Shown one piece after another: positions 1 to 45,456 of a stretch of DNA of 64,000 bases. The position numbers and the translations under genes were made by a program. Source of the stretch: Eledone cirrhosa (lineage: Eukaryota); contig CAXHJY010001334.1 of assembly GCA_964016885.1 (NCBI GenBank), positions 72 to 64,071 of the forward strand, written 5' to 3'. Each line of letters starts with the position of its first letter. The first letter of the stretch is position 1. The notes under the pieces were generated by a model. It ran no database searches, had not been told where the DNA came from, and worked only from the letters and a program-made list of their open reading frames with translations.

Positions 1-4996
<4,996 letters not shown>

Positions 4997-4997
<1 letters not shown>

Positions 4998-7900
4998 ACT
5001 TTGAATAACTTTGAATAACTTTGAAATCGTTTTGGCCAGTATTGGCCCAGGCCATGTCTAACTTAATAGCACCACCTGGCGAAGTCTTTCAATTCAGGAT
5101 TTGGGCACCATGGCCCATTCGAGAAGAGAATTACTGTTTGCGGAGACATATCCGGGTGTGGGTGGTTTGTCCGGGATTACTTGGAGGAATTTGTCCAAAG
5201 ACTTCTTGAATTTTGTGTGGTCAGTTTCTGTTTTGACGTGTCCTGGTGTGATGTTGAAGAGAGCAGGGCCGATTGAGGTGAAATAATTGTGCCGTATTGT
5301 TGTTATGAGTTGCGATTTAGATTTTTGAATGGGACGGATAGCACGGGGCCCAAGCCTTGGGTGTATCTTGAAGGCGATGCCAACATCATTTGGGCAGTGA
5401 TGATGGAACATTTTCCACATCATGCAGATAATATAACGCTCACGGCGACGTTGGAGTGAGTAAAGTTTCAGGTTTTCCAATCGACCCCAGTAGTCAAGGT
5501 CTGACATGCCATCTATCTTTTTCGTGATTGCCCTTTGAGGAGCTTCAAGTTTCATGATACTTTGTTTCGTGTGGGGAGACCACAGTGGACAACAGTATTC
5601 AAGGTGTGGTCGGGCGAAAGTAGAGAAGAGAAGGATAATGGTGCGGGAATCTCTCGACTGGAAGGTTCTGAGGATCCAGGAACACATTCTGCGGGCCATG
5701 TCAACTTTGCTGCTTATATGCGTGGTCCAGCTTATGTTGCTGTCCACGGTTACTCCCAAGTCTCTGATGTTGTTAGATGCCACGAGAGTTTCCCCGGAGG
5801 GAAGGGAGTACGGGAGTTTCAGAGCATCCTCTTTTCCAAAGTGGATCAGTTCGAATTTGTCTTCGTTCAGTAACATGTTGTTCTTTTCTGCCCATTGGGT
5901 AACAGCCAGTAGGTCTGACTGAAGGCTTATCCGGTCATCCACGCCATTGATGACCTTTTGGAGCTTGGAATCATCAGCGAAAATTTTAATGTTGCTGTGT
6001 TTGATGATGTCAGTGATGTCATTAATATAGATGATGAAGAGAAGTGGGCCCAACACAGTGCCTTGTGGGACTCCACTACTGACTTTGGCTGGGCTTGATT
6101 TGACTCCCTCAACTACAACATGTTGGGTTCTGTTTGACAGGAAGCTCTTGATCCACTGCAGCAGCTTTCCAGTGACACCAATATTGGACAGCTTTCTCAG
6201 TAGAATGTTATGATCAACCCTGTCAAAGGCCTTGCTGAAATCAAGGTAGATAACATCAGTGTTGGAACCCTCTCCCAAGGCTCTCAAAATGTCATCAAAG
6301 TGATGCAGTAGTTGCGTCAGGCAATCCCTTCCATTACGGAATCCATGCTGGTTGGAGTTCAGCATATTGTTACTCTCAAGGAAGTGGGTCATTCGCGATC
6401 TCACCACTCGCTCAAATACCTTAATGATATGAGAGGTGAGTGAGAGGACGGTAATTCACGGCAAGGGATTTGTTTCCCTTTTTGAAAACTGGGACAACAG
6501 ACTGGGATAGAAGGTTTTCTGGCACATATCCAGCATCCAGTGAGTTCCGCCACAGATTGGCAAGAGGAGAAGCAAGTTGGTGTTGACACGCCTTCAAGAC
6601 ACAAGCAGGGAACCTATCGGGACCTACTGCTGAATTATGCTTGATTTCCTTTATTGCCGCCAAGACATCAGGGGCGCCAAACGTTATGTCCGATAAGGTG
6701 TAATGGGGAGTAACATCGCCGATACAGCCCAGATCGGCCATATCAGGATTGCTGAAAACAGAGCAGTATTGTTTCTGCAGTATCTCACCCATGGTTTTAG
6801 CATTGTCCTTGAAGAGTGCCATTTTCATCAATTAGAGGGCCAACAGTAGAGCCAGTGATTTTGTGTTTTTTTGCAAATGAAAAGAACACTTTGGGATTGA
6901 GTTTGATCTTCTCAATGGCCCAGGCCTCTTCAGCTCTTCTCTGATTGTTGATGAGGGACATTATGTTGTTTTGGAGGTTATGTTTTTTAATCTCTAGTGA
7001 TGAAATGGCAGTCAAGTTGATGTGTTGCTGCTGACAGTATTTCAGATTGTTGATTTTTTTTTGTTCGTTCTCTTAATTTTTCTGATGAGCGTTTTTCTAT
7101 TTCTAGGGATTCTGCTCTTAGATTTGTTTATAGTTCTTAATGGGGTGTGTTTAGCACATATGTTTGTAACAGTGTCCACAAATGTCTGCCAGGACTTTTT
7201 GATGTTAGTGGGTGTATGAGTGTGCGTGAAGGACCAGTCGACATGTGCAAGATCATGACTGATCGCTTCCCAGTTTGCATTGTGGAAATCCATAGCGTCA
7301 AACGGATGGACAGGAGAAATGACATTGGGTTTGTATATTGGACGGTGGAATCTCAGATCACAGAGAACCATGTCATGATCAGAGAGTAGAGTTTTCTCCA
7401 CTGCAATATTGTGGATATTGTCAGTGTGATTGCTGAAAATTAAGTCTAGGACGTTTTTGTGGCACCTCGTTGGTTCGAGCACTAGTTGGGATAGGAAGAA
7501 ATCATCCATGAAGTCAAGAAGCGATTCCACAGCTTCCCTGTCAGAGGTTGAGGCAGAAGAACCTGGTGGCAGGGTGTTTGTGGACCAGTCAACTCCGGGG
7601 AGGTTGAAGTCCCCCATCATTAAGATGTTGTCAGGGTGACACTCTTGGATGAAACACTTTATGCTGTTGAGGCATTCCTTGAAGCATGGTACAGGCGTTT
7701 GGGGTGGCCTATAGAGCCCAACTACTAATAGGTTGTTGGTTTGACTGAATACAGTGACTGCCTCACAGTATCCATTAGTGAATATGTTCATAGCCTCTGT
7801 TGAGAAAGAATTATGGACATAAATGGCAGTTCCGCCCTTTCTTCTGCCAGCGCGATCAGCACGGATGGCTTTGAAATTTTTCACTTTCACCTCGGCTTCC

Positions 7901-8237
7901 AAGTGGAGGTTACTGAGATGGGTTTCAGTGAGGACAAAGAAAGGGATGTGGTTTGGATGGACATCAATCCAGTCCTCCAGGAATTTGATTTTCCATTTTT
8001 GAGTATTGGTGGTAGGGCTGATGCCTTGGGCGTTAAGCAAAAATGTAGAGGCGAGAGTGGATGGTTTTAATTGTTTTGGTGTGTTGTTAATTTGTTTGTT
8101 TGTTAATGGCAGCAATGGGAGTTTGTGCAGTGGGGTGATAGTGGAGGGTGGTGCTGGGTGATGGCTCGAATGTTTTTTTCCAGTTCTTTTGCCAGATTCA
8201 TTATGGCTAAAAAAGAGGAAGTTTCCTGTTTAGAAGA
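4997..8237 (-). mobile_element. CR1/L2-group non-LTR retrotransposon (APE endonuclease + RT), frameshifted
   Basis: ORF 7042-8115 has APE motifs (LNAQG, LTETHL, GLYRPP, GDFNLP, LDLIF, SDH). ORF 5094-6407 has RT motifs ([30 protein letters not shown]). Linker pieces 6421-7015 lie in shifted frames. The 3' tail is tandem ATTCAAAGTT (4997-5025) and both ends abut (TA)n. Confidence 0.93.
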
Positions 8238-9117
<880 letters not shown>

Positions 9118-9519
9118 GGTGGCTGCCAACTCGTTCTCGAGTACGGCCACTACTTTATATCCATGTAGGAGAACCCCTACCAATGCGCTGAACGAGTGTG
9201 ACTTTTTAGTCCAGCCTGCGACTTGAAAACTCTGGTACAAACACTACACTTGTGACAATTATTGACACATAGTGCTGGGCCCATGGTAGCATGTGATGAC
9301 AAGTGTAGAGAGATCTCCAGATATAAAGCAATGCCTGTGCCGTGAAACTTTTATAGTGAGCAAAGGCACTGCACAAAGCCAGTCCCACTCTCTTAACCAA
9401 GATGATATTTACCAAAAAGAAGAACAAATCAACATCATTGGATACCATCAGGGTTGCAGGTGTTATATCAGAGCTTTCCTTCTCCTAGAATTCTGCCTTG
9501 ACAAAGGCTAAGGGGTCAT
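9118..9519 (-). mobile_element. ~400 bp non-coding retroposon, copy 1
   Basis: Close direct repeat of 9916-10341. On the minus strand it has a CTAGGAGAAGGAAA(A/G)CTCTGA motif near the 5' end and a terminal stem-loop running into (AT)n. Confidence 0.65.
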
Positions 9520-9881
9520 ATATATACATACACGTATATATACATACACATATATACATACATACACGTATATATACATACACGTATATATATATATACA
9601 CATATATGCATATATACATACACGTATATATTCATACACGCATATATACACACACGTATATATACATACACGCATATATACATACACGTATATATACATA
9701 CACGCATATATATACACATACATGTATATATATACACACACGCATACAGAAATATACATACATGTGTATACATATATACATATACATACATACATGTATA
9801 CATATATACATACACACACATATACATACATATATACATACATATATACATACATATATACATACATATATACATATATAT

Positions 9882-9912
<31 letters not shown>

Positions 9913-9915
9913 CAT

Positions 9916-10341
9916 GGTGGCTGCCAACTCGTTTTCGAGTACGGCCACTACCTCATATCCATGTAGGAGAACCCCCACCAATGCGCTGAACGAGTGTGAC
10001 TTTTTAGTCCAGCCAGCGACTTGAAAACTCTGGTACAAACACTACACCTGTGACAATTATTGACACATAGTGCTGGGCCCATGGTACCATGTGACGACAA
10101 GTGCAGAGAGATCTCCAGATATAAAGCAATGCCTGTGCCGTGAAGCTTTTATAGTGAGCAAAGGCACTGCACAAAGCCAGTCCCACTCTCTTAACCAAGA
10201 TGATATTTACCAAAAAGAAGAACAAGTCAACATCATTGGATACCATCAGAGTTGCAGGTGTTATATCAGAGTTTTCCTTCTCCTAGAATTCTGCCTTGAC
10301 AAAGGCTAAGGGGTCATCTCTCCCGGTGATTTTGGATGGCC
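9916..10341 (-). mobile_element. ~425 bp non-coding retroposon, copy 2
   Basis: Same sequence as 9118-9519 with scattered substitutions and ~22 extra bases at the minus-strand 5' end. Confidence 0.65.
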
Positions 10342-10361
10342 ATATGTATATATATATATAC

Positions 10362-10470
<109 letters not shown>

Positions 10471-11753
10471 CTACTCTTTTACTCTTTTACCTGTTTCAGC
10501 CATCCGGCTGAGGCCATGCTGGGGCACCGCCCTTGTTGCTACACATCTTATCTCCATTCTGTATAGGTTGGCCACTGATGTAGGAGGGAGTTTGTTGCTG
10601 CTGCCCTTAGGTTTCCCTCGTGTCTTGCTGTGGGCTCATCCGGGATCCTGGATAACAAGGTGTCGAGATGTTTCTTAAAGACATCCACCTCCACGTCATG
10701 CAAGTCTCGCAGATGCCTCGGCAGCCTGTTGAAGAGTTGAGGGCCCTTGAATCCCAGGCTATTGCAATACCTGCTCCTTATTCTAGATGTGGAAGACGGG
10801 ACCTTTGGCACCACACAGTGATGTCCTGTTCGACGGTTGGTCCAGCTCCCAATGCCAAAGTTTGGTGCTAGTCCCTCCAGGATTTTCCACATGTAGATCA
10901 CTGCGTATCTCTCCCGTCTTCGCTCCAAGGAGTAGAGGTTCAGTTCCTTTAGCCTCTCCCAGTAGCTTGTCTCCCTCATCTTGGCAATCCTCTTGGTGTA
11001 GCTTCGCTGGATTGCCTCAAGCTCCGTGGTTAGTTTGACACTATGGGGTGACCACAGCTGGGAGCAGTAGTCCAGGTGGCTTTGGACAAAAGTCCTCCAC
11101 AGTGTCAACATGGTGTCTCGATCTCTTGTAAGGAAAGTCCTCAAGATCCAGCCAGCGAATCGTCTACATGTTGTCGCCACCTTCATGATGTGTGAAGAAA
11201 AAGATGCATCATCGCTCATGTCTATGCCCAGGTCTCGTATCGATTTTGACACAGGGATATCGGTCCCTCCTGGTCCTGTGTAGCTGTGTTCCGCTATATT
11301 TGTGTTTGTGTTTGCAGGTTTGTATTGTAGGGCTTGGAATTTGCCAGCATTAAACTGCATGTTGTTTTCTTCCGCCCATCTGTATATGGCATCCAGGTCC
11401 TGCTGTAAGAGGGCAGCGTCAGCTGGGTTTTTGATTGCCTGTGCTACCTTAGTGTCATCAGCATAGCTAGTGAGGGATGTTGTTGCATGCACCACAGAGG
11501 GCATGTCCGAGAGAGCCACCAAAAACAGTAGTGGTCCCAGGACTGTCCCCTGGGGCACCCCACTTGCTATCGGTGTTTCCCTCGAGAGGGCCCCATTTGC
11601 TGCGACTGCCTGGCTTCTGTCCCTTAGGAAGCCATGCAGCCACTCACCTACTTTTCCAGTTATGCCGAGTCCGTGTAGTTTGTGACATATCATTCCGTGG
11701 TCGACCTTGTCAAAGGCCTTCGCAAAGTCAAGATATATCACATCTACATGTGA
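10471..11753 (-). mobile_element. 5'-truncated CR1/L2-group LINE (RT and C-terminus)
   Basis: Open frame with [27 protein letters not shown] and YADD, stop at 10548. The 3' UTR reads GGCGGTGCCCCAGCATGGCC... and ends in GTAAAAGA repeats. The 5' end is truncated into microsatellite. Confidence 0.93.
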
Positions 11754-11758
11754 TACAT

Positions 11759-11791
<33 letters not shown>

Positions 11792-11796
11792 AATAC

Positions 11797-11827
<31 letters not shown>

Positions 11828-11850
11828 AATACATATATATATATATATAA

Positions 11851-11911
<61 letters not shown>

Positions 11912-12236
11912 CATCAGTTTAGCGGACGCTTATTATAACGCCGCTTTGTTCGTTTGTAAACAAACTGAACAGCCTGAATATGCAAATTAGGCTGCTCAGC
12001 CGTTAATTTTCATAAGGAAAGTATATACTTTCGAACGTTCAACTATCTGGCGGATGGGTATACGGTGCTGATGATAGCTAACAAGCTTGAAACTAGTACA
12101 TCGTTCCTGTGTCAGTGTTGAACAAAAAGGTGACGTGGTTGCCTTAACACCATATGGCATAAATTCAGGCTGTTCAGTTTGTTTACAAACGAACAAAGCG
12201 GAGTTATAATAAGCGGCCGCTAAACTGATGCGTGCA

Positions 12237-12276
<40 letters not shown>

Positions 12277-12747
12277 TGCTACTGTACATCTGTATACATA
12301 TATGTATGTACGTATACATACATACTTACATTTAAGTAAGTGCCATACTAAGAGTGAGAAATGAAATTTCGTTTTCATTTTATTTCAACCTATCGTTTTC
12401 GGTATGCCTGACCGATTTAACTCACTCAATATGCAAATTTGGCTGCTCAACCGTTAATTTTCATAAGGAAAGTATATACTTTCGAACGTTCGAACACCGT
12501 ATGGCATAAATTCAGGCTGTTCAGTTTGTTTACAAACGAACAAAGCGGCGTTATAATAAGCGTCCGCTAAACTGATGCGTGCATATATGTATGTGTACCT
12601 GTATGTATATATATATATATATATATATATGCATGCTACTGTACGTCTGTATACATATATGTATGTACGTATACATACATACTTACATTTAAGTAAGTGC
12701 CATACTAAGAGTGAGAAATGAAATTTCGTTTTCATTTTATTTCAACC
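11912..12747 (+). mobile_element. Non-autonomous Penelope-type/retrozyme-like element: partial tandem (451 bp period) plus 68 bp 5' inverted segment
   Basis: Unit start AATATGCAAATT at 11977 and 12428. 11912-11979 is the reverse complement of 12510-12577. Contains a hammerhead and is flanked by TA tracts. Confidence 0.8.
12062..12104 (+). ncRNA. Minimal type I hammerhead ribozyme
   Basis: ACGGTG-CTGATGA-t-AGCT-aaca-AGCT-t-GAAA-CTAG-TA-CATCGT: stem I 6 bp, stem II 4 bp, palindromic minimal stem III, predicted cleavage after GUA at 12098. Confidence 0.8.
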
Positions 12748-12756
12748 ATATAAATA

Positions 12757-13765
<1,009 letters not shown>

Positions 13766-14285
13766 ATATTGTTATATTTGGGGAGGGTCATATTTGCGTA
13801 ATATTGCCAGAATTAATAACAGAACACACTCACTGTTTGGTTGGTTTTCGCTTCTCGCTGTCTTTTATATATATATATCTGCGATCTAACTTACTCGGTC
13901 CTCAATGTTGCCATTGACTGACCGGCGGTCAAAAATAATACAGATACAATATAGACAAACACATATATATATAGTTTACATAAATCTTTCGTTGCACATC
14001 TGCAACATCGTCAGTGGTGTTATATTCATTGTTCCTCCTGTTGTGTTGTATGTCTACGCCATTTTTTTGTTCAGTCTGTCTATATATTTATTTATTTATT
14101 TGCTTGTTTGTTTATCTTATTTTATTTTGTCTTCTTTGCGCATGCGTTTGCGTGTGTGTATAGTGTTATGTGTGATGTGTGACTAGTGTGGATAGTGTTG
14201 TGTCTGCTGGGTGACTGGTGTGTGTTTATGTGCTTGTGTATGTATTTATTTATCTTATTTTATTTAATTTAATTTACTTATTTAT

Positions 14286-15092
14286 TTATACTTCTCTTAG
14301 GTCAGTGTTGTTTGTTTGGGTGTTGTTGTTGTTCCACTCATTCTTTCTGTTTAGCTTTGGTCTTCTAATTTCTATTTCACTGGCCTCTCTGATTTGCCTA
14401 TCTGCTGGGTCATTCCTATGTTTAGATATTATTCTAATTTCTATGTTGTCTATGTTACCGTCATGATGTTGTCTAGCATGTTCGTATAGTACTGACCCGT
14501 TTTTTCGTCCTTTTAGTTCCCCCCAGTGTTGGTCTATCCTTTCACCTATGCTACGAGCTGTCTCACCTATGTATGTTGTTGTCGTGTTTCTGCAAGTACC
14601 CTCTGTACATCTTATGCTATAGACTACGTTTCTAGTTTTACAGTTTATCCGGGGGTTCACCTTACATATGATACATTTCCTATTGGTACAGTGGGTTTTC
14701 TTAAAAGGGTAGGTTTTGCTGATCAGGGATTTTATGGTGGTTCCTGGCTTTTCTACCACCTTTATTTTTAAGTGGGTCTTTCTCAGGGCCTTTCTACACT
14801 GGTTAGCTAATTTCCCTCCAGGGGTGGCGTCCACAAACATGACACTCTGATATCTCTGGTTGTCGTACCATGATGTGGCCTTCCCTATCTTATGTCTAGC
14901 CCTATCTAAGCTATTCCATGATTTGCTCCTGTATAGTGGGCAAATTCCTTTCATGTCCAGTTCTATGAGGGTCTTATACTTTTCCATGGCTCCTTCGTAT
15001 ACTCTGACTCTGTCTCTTTGGTTGTAGCCAGAGAACTGCATGCGGTTGATGAAGTGTTGGATGTGTCCTTCCATTTCTGTTGGGTCGCACAT
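14286..15092 (-). pseudogene. Inverted duplicate of the Penelope-like thumb/GIY-YIG coding region
   Basis: The 268 aa ORF is identical to the C-terminus of the plus-strand ORF. Confidence 0.9.
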
Positions 15093-15094
15093 GC

Positions 15095-16448
15095 AATAGG
15101 GGCTAGTATCAAAACTACCCTAAAGGGCCACATATTTAAGTTCAATGAGAAAATCTACACCCAAAATGAGGGAGCAGCCATCGGCGTCAGCATAGCTGGC
15201 GATGTTGCCAACCTTTTCATGGTATGGTGGGAAAGGAGACTTAAAGATCTCCTTAATGAAAGCTCCATAGACCTCATCATGTACTCTCGTTATGTAGACG
15301 ATATCAATATAGTTATAAGAACACCCCCACTAGAGAGCACTAACAAGTTTGATTTAGAACGTAGCACGATGGAAAGCATCCAGCAGATAGCTAATTCCAT
15401 ACACCAGAGTATAACTGTAACTATAGACTTCCCTTCCAAACACCCTAACAATAGACTACCTGTATTAGACACAGAACTCTGGATTAACACTATAGACGAG
15501 AGAGCCCAAATTCTCCACTCACACTATGCTAAACCCATGGCCTCCAAATACCTGATACTCAAAAACTCAGCAATGTCCAGTAGTGCTAAGTTTAATATTC
15601 TGATCGCAGATTTGGTACGAGTGATGAAGAATGTGTCCAGCATGTGCGACCCAACAGAAATGGAAGGACACATCCAACACTTCATCAACCGCATGCAGTT
15701 CTCTGGCTACAACCAAAGAGACAGAGTCAGAGTATACGAAGGAGCCATGGAAAAGTATAAGACCCTCATAGAACTGGACATGAAAGGAATTTGCCCACTA
15801 TACAGGAGCAAATCATGGAATAGCTTAGATAGGGCTAGACATAAGATAGGGAAGGCCACATCATGGTACGACAACCAGAGATATCAGAGTGTCATGTTTG
15901 TGGACGCCACCCCTGGAGGGAAATTAGCTAACCAGTGTAGAAAGGCCCTGAGAAAGACCCACTTAAAAATAAAGGTGGTAGAAAAGCCAGGAACCACCAT
16001 AAAATCCCTGATCAGCAAAACCTACCCTTTTAAGAAAACCCACTGTACCAATAGGAAATGTATCATATGTAAGGTGAACCCCCGGATAAACTGTAAAACT
16101 AGAAACGTAGTCTATAGCATAAGATGTACAGAGGGTACTTGCAGAAACACGACAACAACATACATAGGTGAGACAGCTCGTAGCATAGGTGAAAGGATAG
16201 ACCAACACTGGGGGGAACTAAAAGGACGAAAAAACGGGTCAGTACTATACGAACATGCTAGACAACATCATGACGGTAACATAGACAACATAGAAATTAG
16301 AATAATATCTAAACATAGGAATGACCCAGCAGATAGGCAAATCAGAGAGGCCAGTGAAATAGAAATTAGAAGACCAAAGCTAAACAGAAAGAATGAGTGG
16401 AACAACAACAACACCCAAACAAACAACACTGACCTAAGAGAAGTATAA
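15095..16448 (+). CDS. Penelope-like RT (C-terminal part) + Cys linker + GIY-YIG endonuclease, 5'-truncated but uninterrupted
   Basis: QNEGAAIG, SRYVDD, LPVLD, Cys linker CTNRKCIIC..C, NVVYSIRC...YIGETAR..ERI..H, EH...HH, RQIREA, LNRKNEW. Confidence 0.9.
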
Positions 16449-16709
16449 ATAAATAAGTAAATTAAATTAAATAAAATAAGATAAATAAATACATACACAA
16501 GCACATAAACACACACCAGTCACCCAGCAGACACAACACTATCCACACTAGTCACACATCACACATAACACTATACACACACGCAAACGCATGCGCAAAG
16601 AAGACAAAATAAAATAAGATAAACAAACAAGCAAATAAATAAATAAATATATAGACAGACTGAACAAAAAAAATGGCGTAGACATACAACACAACAGGAG
16701 GAACAATGA

Positions 16710-16767
16710 ATATAACACCACTGACGATGTTGCAGATGTGCAACGAAAGATTTATGTAAACTATATA
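16710..16767 (+). ncRNA. Putative minimal hammerhead in the Penelope 3' region (mirror copy on minus at ~13968-14025)
   Basis: CTGACGA-t-GTTGCA-gatg-TGCAAC-GAAA-GATT-TA: clean 6 bp stem II; stem I is weak (CA/TG, then an internal loop). Confidence 0.55.
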
Positions 16768-17023
16768 TATATGTGTTTGTCTATATTGTATCTGTATTAT
16801 TTTGACCGCCGGTCAGTCAATGGCAACATTGAGGACCGAGTAAGTTAGATCGCAGATATATATATATAAAAGACAGCGAGAAGCGAAAACCAACCAAACA
16901 GTGAGTGTGTTCTGTTATTAATTCTGGCAATATTACGCAAATATGACCCTCCCCAAATATAACAATATCTGTTTCGACACACGATTTCATATAAAAAACC
17001 TCGCAAAACTAATTCATCGCCGC

Positions 17024-17054
<31 letters not shown>

Positions 17055-17069
17055 TTATATATATATATG

Positions 17070-17104
<35 letters not shown>

Positions 17105-17367
17105 TTATATATATATATATATATATGTATTTATATATATATATATATATATATATGTATTTATATATATATATATATATATGTATTTATATATATATAT
17201 ATATATATATATGTATTTATATATATGTATTTATATATATATATATATATATATGTATTTATATATATATATATATATGTATTTATATATATATATATAT
17301 ATATATGTATTTATATATATATATATATATATATATGTATTTATATATATATATATATATATATATG

Positions 17368-17406
<39 letters not shown>

Positions 17407-17915
17407 TTATATATATATATATATATATGTATTTATATATATATATATATATGTATTTATATATATATATATATATATATGTATTTATATATATATATAT
17501 ATATATATATGTATTTATATATATATATATATATATATATGTATTTATATATATATATATATATATATATGTATTTATATATATATATATATATATATGT
17601 ATTTATATATATATATATATATATGTATTTATATATATATATATATATATGTATTTATATATATATATATATATATGTATTTATATATATATATATATAT
17701 ATGTATTTATATATATATATATATATATGTATTTATATATATATATATATATGTATTTATATATATGTATTTATATATGTATTTATATATATATATATAT
17801 ATGTATTTATATATATATATATATATATATGTATTTATATATATGTATTTATATATATATATATATATGTATTTATATATATATATATGTATTTATATAT
17901 ATATATATATATATG

Positions 17916-17954
<39 letters not shown>

Positions 17955-18110
17955 TTATATATATGTATTTATATATATATATATATATGTATTTATATAT
18001 ATTTATATATATATATATATATATGTATTTATATATATATATATATATATATAAATATATATATATAAATACATATATATATATATATATAAATACATAT
18101 ATATATATAT
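17024..18110. repeat. Compound microsatellite [TGTATTTA(TA)n]
   Basis: Direct reading; orientation flips back near 18050. Confidence 0.95.
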
Positions 18111-18111
18111 A

Positions 18112-18530
18112 TTTTAGTCCAGCATTAACGAAGCTTTAGTTCGCGGACAAGCTAACGAATGCAAATTTGGTCTGTAGCTTTAGCACTCGGATAGGGAAAA
18201 GTCCCCCAGAGTACTAACAATACGTTTAGACAGCTCAGCAAATCAAATATAGCGACTGGCAGTCCAGCCGCATCACTAGAGCAACGAAAATACAGGACTC
18301 AGGAAAAGATTTTAGACTGACCCGGACAAAACATTGAAACTGAATGCAAAATATATAATGCATATCGTATAGCACACGATAAACATCCCATACAGCACAC
18401 AACATTAGCGCTAGGTTTCTGCAAATCCAAGATCGACAAATTCCGCTTGCAGGAGTCTGCAAGTTAATGGTTTTTGACGATAGAACAAAGGATTTCCTTC
18501 TTCAGCAATCTTGTGTTCTTTAGCCTCTGT
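18112..18530. mobile_element. Dispersed non-coding repeat, homologous to 40761-41180
   Basis: Shared TTTTAGT(C/A)CAGCATTAACGAAGCTTTAG...GGATTTCCTTCTTCAGCAA; TA-flanked. Confidence 0.75.
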
Positions 18531-19165
18531 GGGTATATATATATATGTGTGTGTGTGTAAAGGTATGTATATTCCCTCTGATAATTTGTAATATTTTTAC
18601 ATAGATCTATATGATATACATACCAACACACATATACAACCTAGAAACGATCGTAAAATGATGAATTTTTTAATATAAGGAACTTGTTCTTTGTTTTTAT
18701 TTCATTGTTTTTATTAATTTATATATACATATATATATATATACTTAAGATATATATATATATACTATGTTTTGCTATAAAAATACGAAGAATCATAATA
18801 CATAGAGGAGCTTATCAATGGGTGTACCTGCATATATATATATATATACTCGATGAGGTCAACACTTCTCCTTCTTTATGTCTCTCACACACAAACACAC
18901 ACACTCTCTCTCTCTTTAAACAAACGTTTTCTCTTTTTATTTATGTACATCTTTTTTGCTTGGCATGCCTCTCTCTATATATAGACGAGGATGACGTCAT
19001 AACTTTCTGTCTCTCTACCTCTGTCACCTCAAAAGCACACAACGTTCCCTTTCTTTCTCTATGTACATATCTCTTGCTTGGCATGACCTCTCTCTATATA
19101 AAGTGAACATGACAGACAGACAGCGCTCTTATTATAATATAGATTATTGTTTATTCCCTTTGCAG

Positions 19166-44978
<25,813 letters not shown>

Positions 44979-45406
44979 ACATATCTCTCCATCATAATAA
45001 ACAATACTCTTACTTTCTCCTCCAGCCTCTCTCCCCACAAACTCTCATCAACCTTGGGGTATGTATGTCACATTTTTGTTACATCATAACATTGTCACAT
45101 TGTAGTAGACAGCTATCCAACATGTGATATATCTTCAACTAGGCATCTATATTATACCAGATTTCATTTATTGGTGGGCGTTAGAGTCACAGGACACTAC
45201 ATCTTCTCTGTTATACCGTAATCATGTCAGATCTGTTCTAAGGAGCGAAAGAGAGATATAGAGACTGACGTTTCCATTTTCATTAAATATTAATACAGAA
45301 TTGTTGTGTAAATATTTTTCCACATCACTTGCTTTTCCATGTTAAATGAAAATTTATATATATATATAGAATACATGTGTGTATAGAATACATATGTATA
45401 TGTATG

Positions 45407-45456
<50 letters not shown>

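Larger units (their letters stand above)
13766..17023 (+). mobile_element. Penelope-like retroelement, 5'-truncated, with a ~1.33 kb inverted duplication of its 3' part
   Basis: 13766-15094 is the reverse complement of 15640-16967; the core 15095-17023 encodes RT plus GIY-YIG; inserted in TA microsatellite. Confidence 0.93.

Noticed and set aside
10290-10341. Possible HDV-like ribozyme at the 5' end of the 425 bp element (GGCCATC...GATGACC)
   Set aside because: No P3/L3 or J4/2 consensus could be fitted.
15018-15094. N-terminus of the 476 aa ORF as the true Penelope start
   Set aside because: It is antisense read-through from the inverted arm; RT sequence begins at ~15095 and lacks the N-terminal RT motifs.
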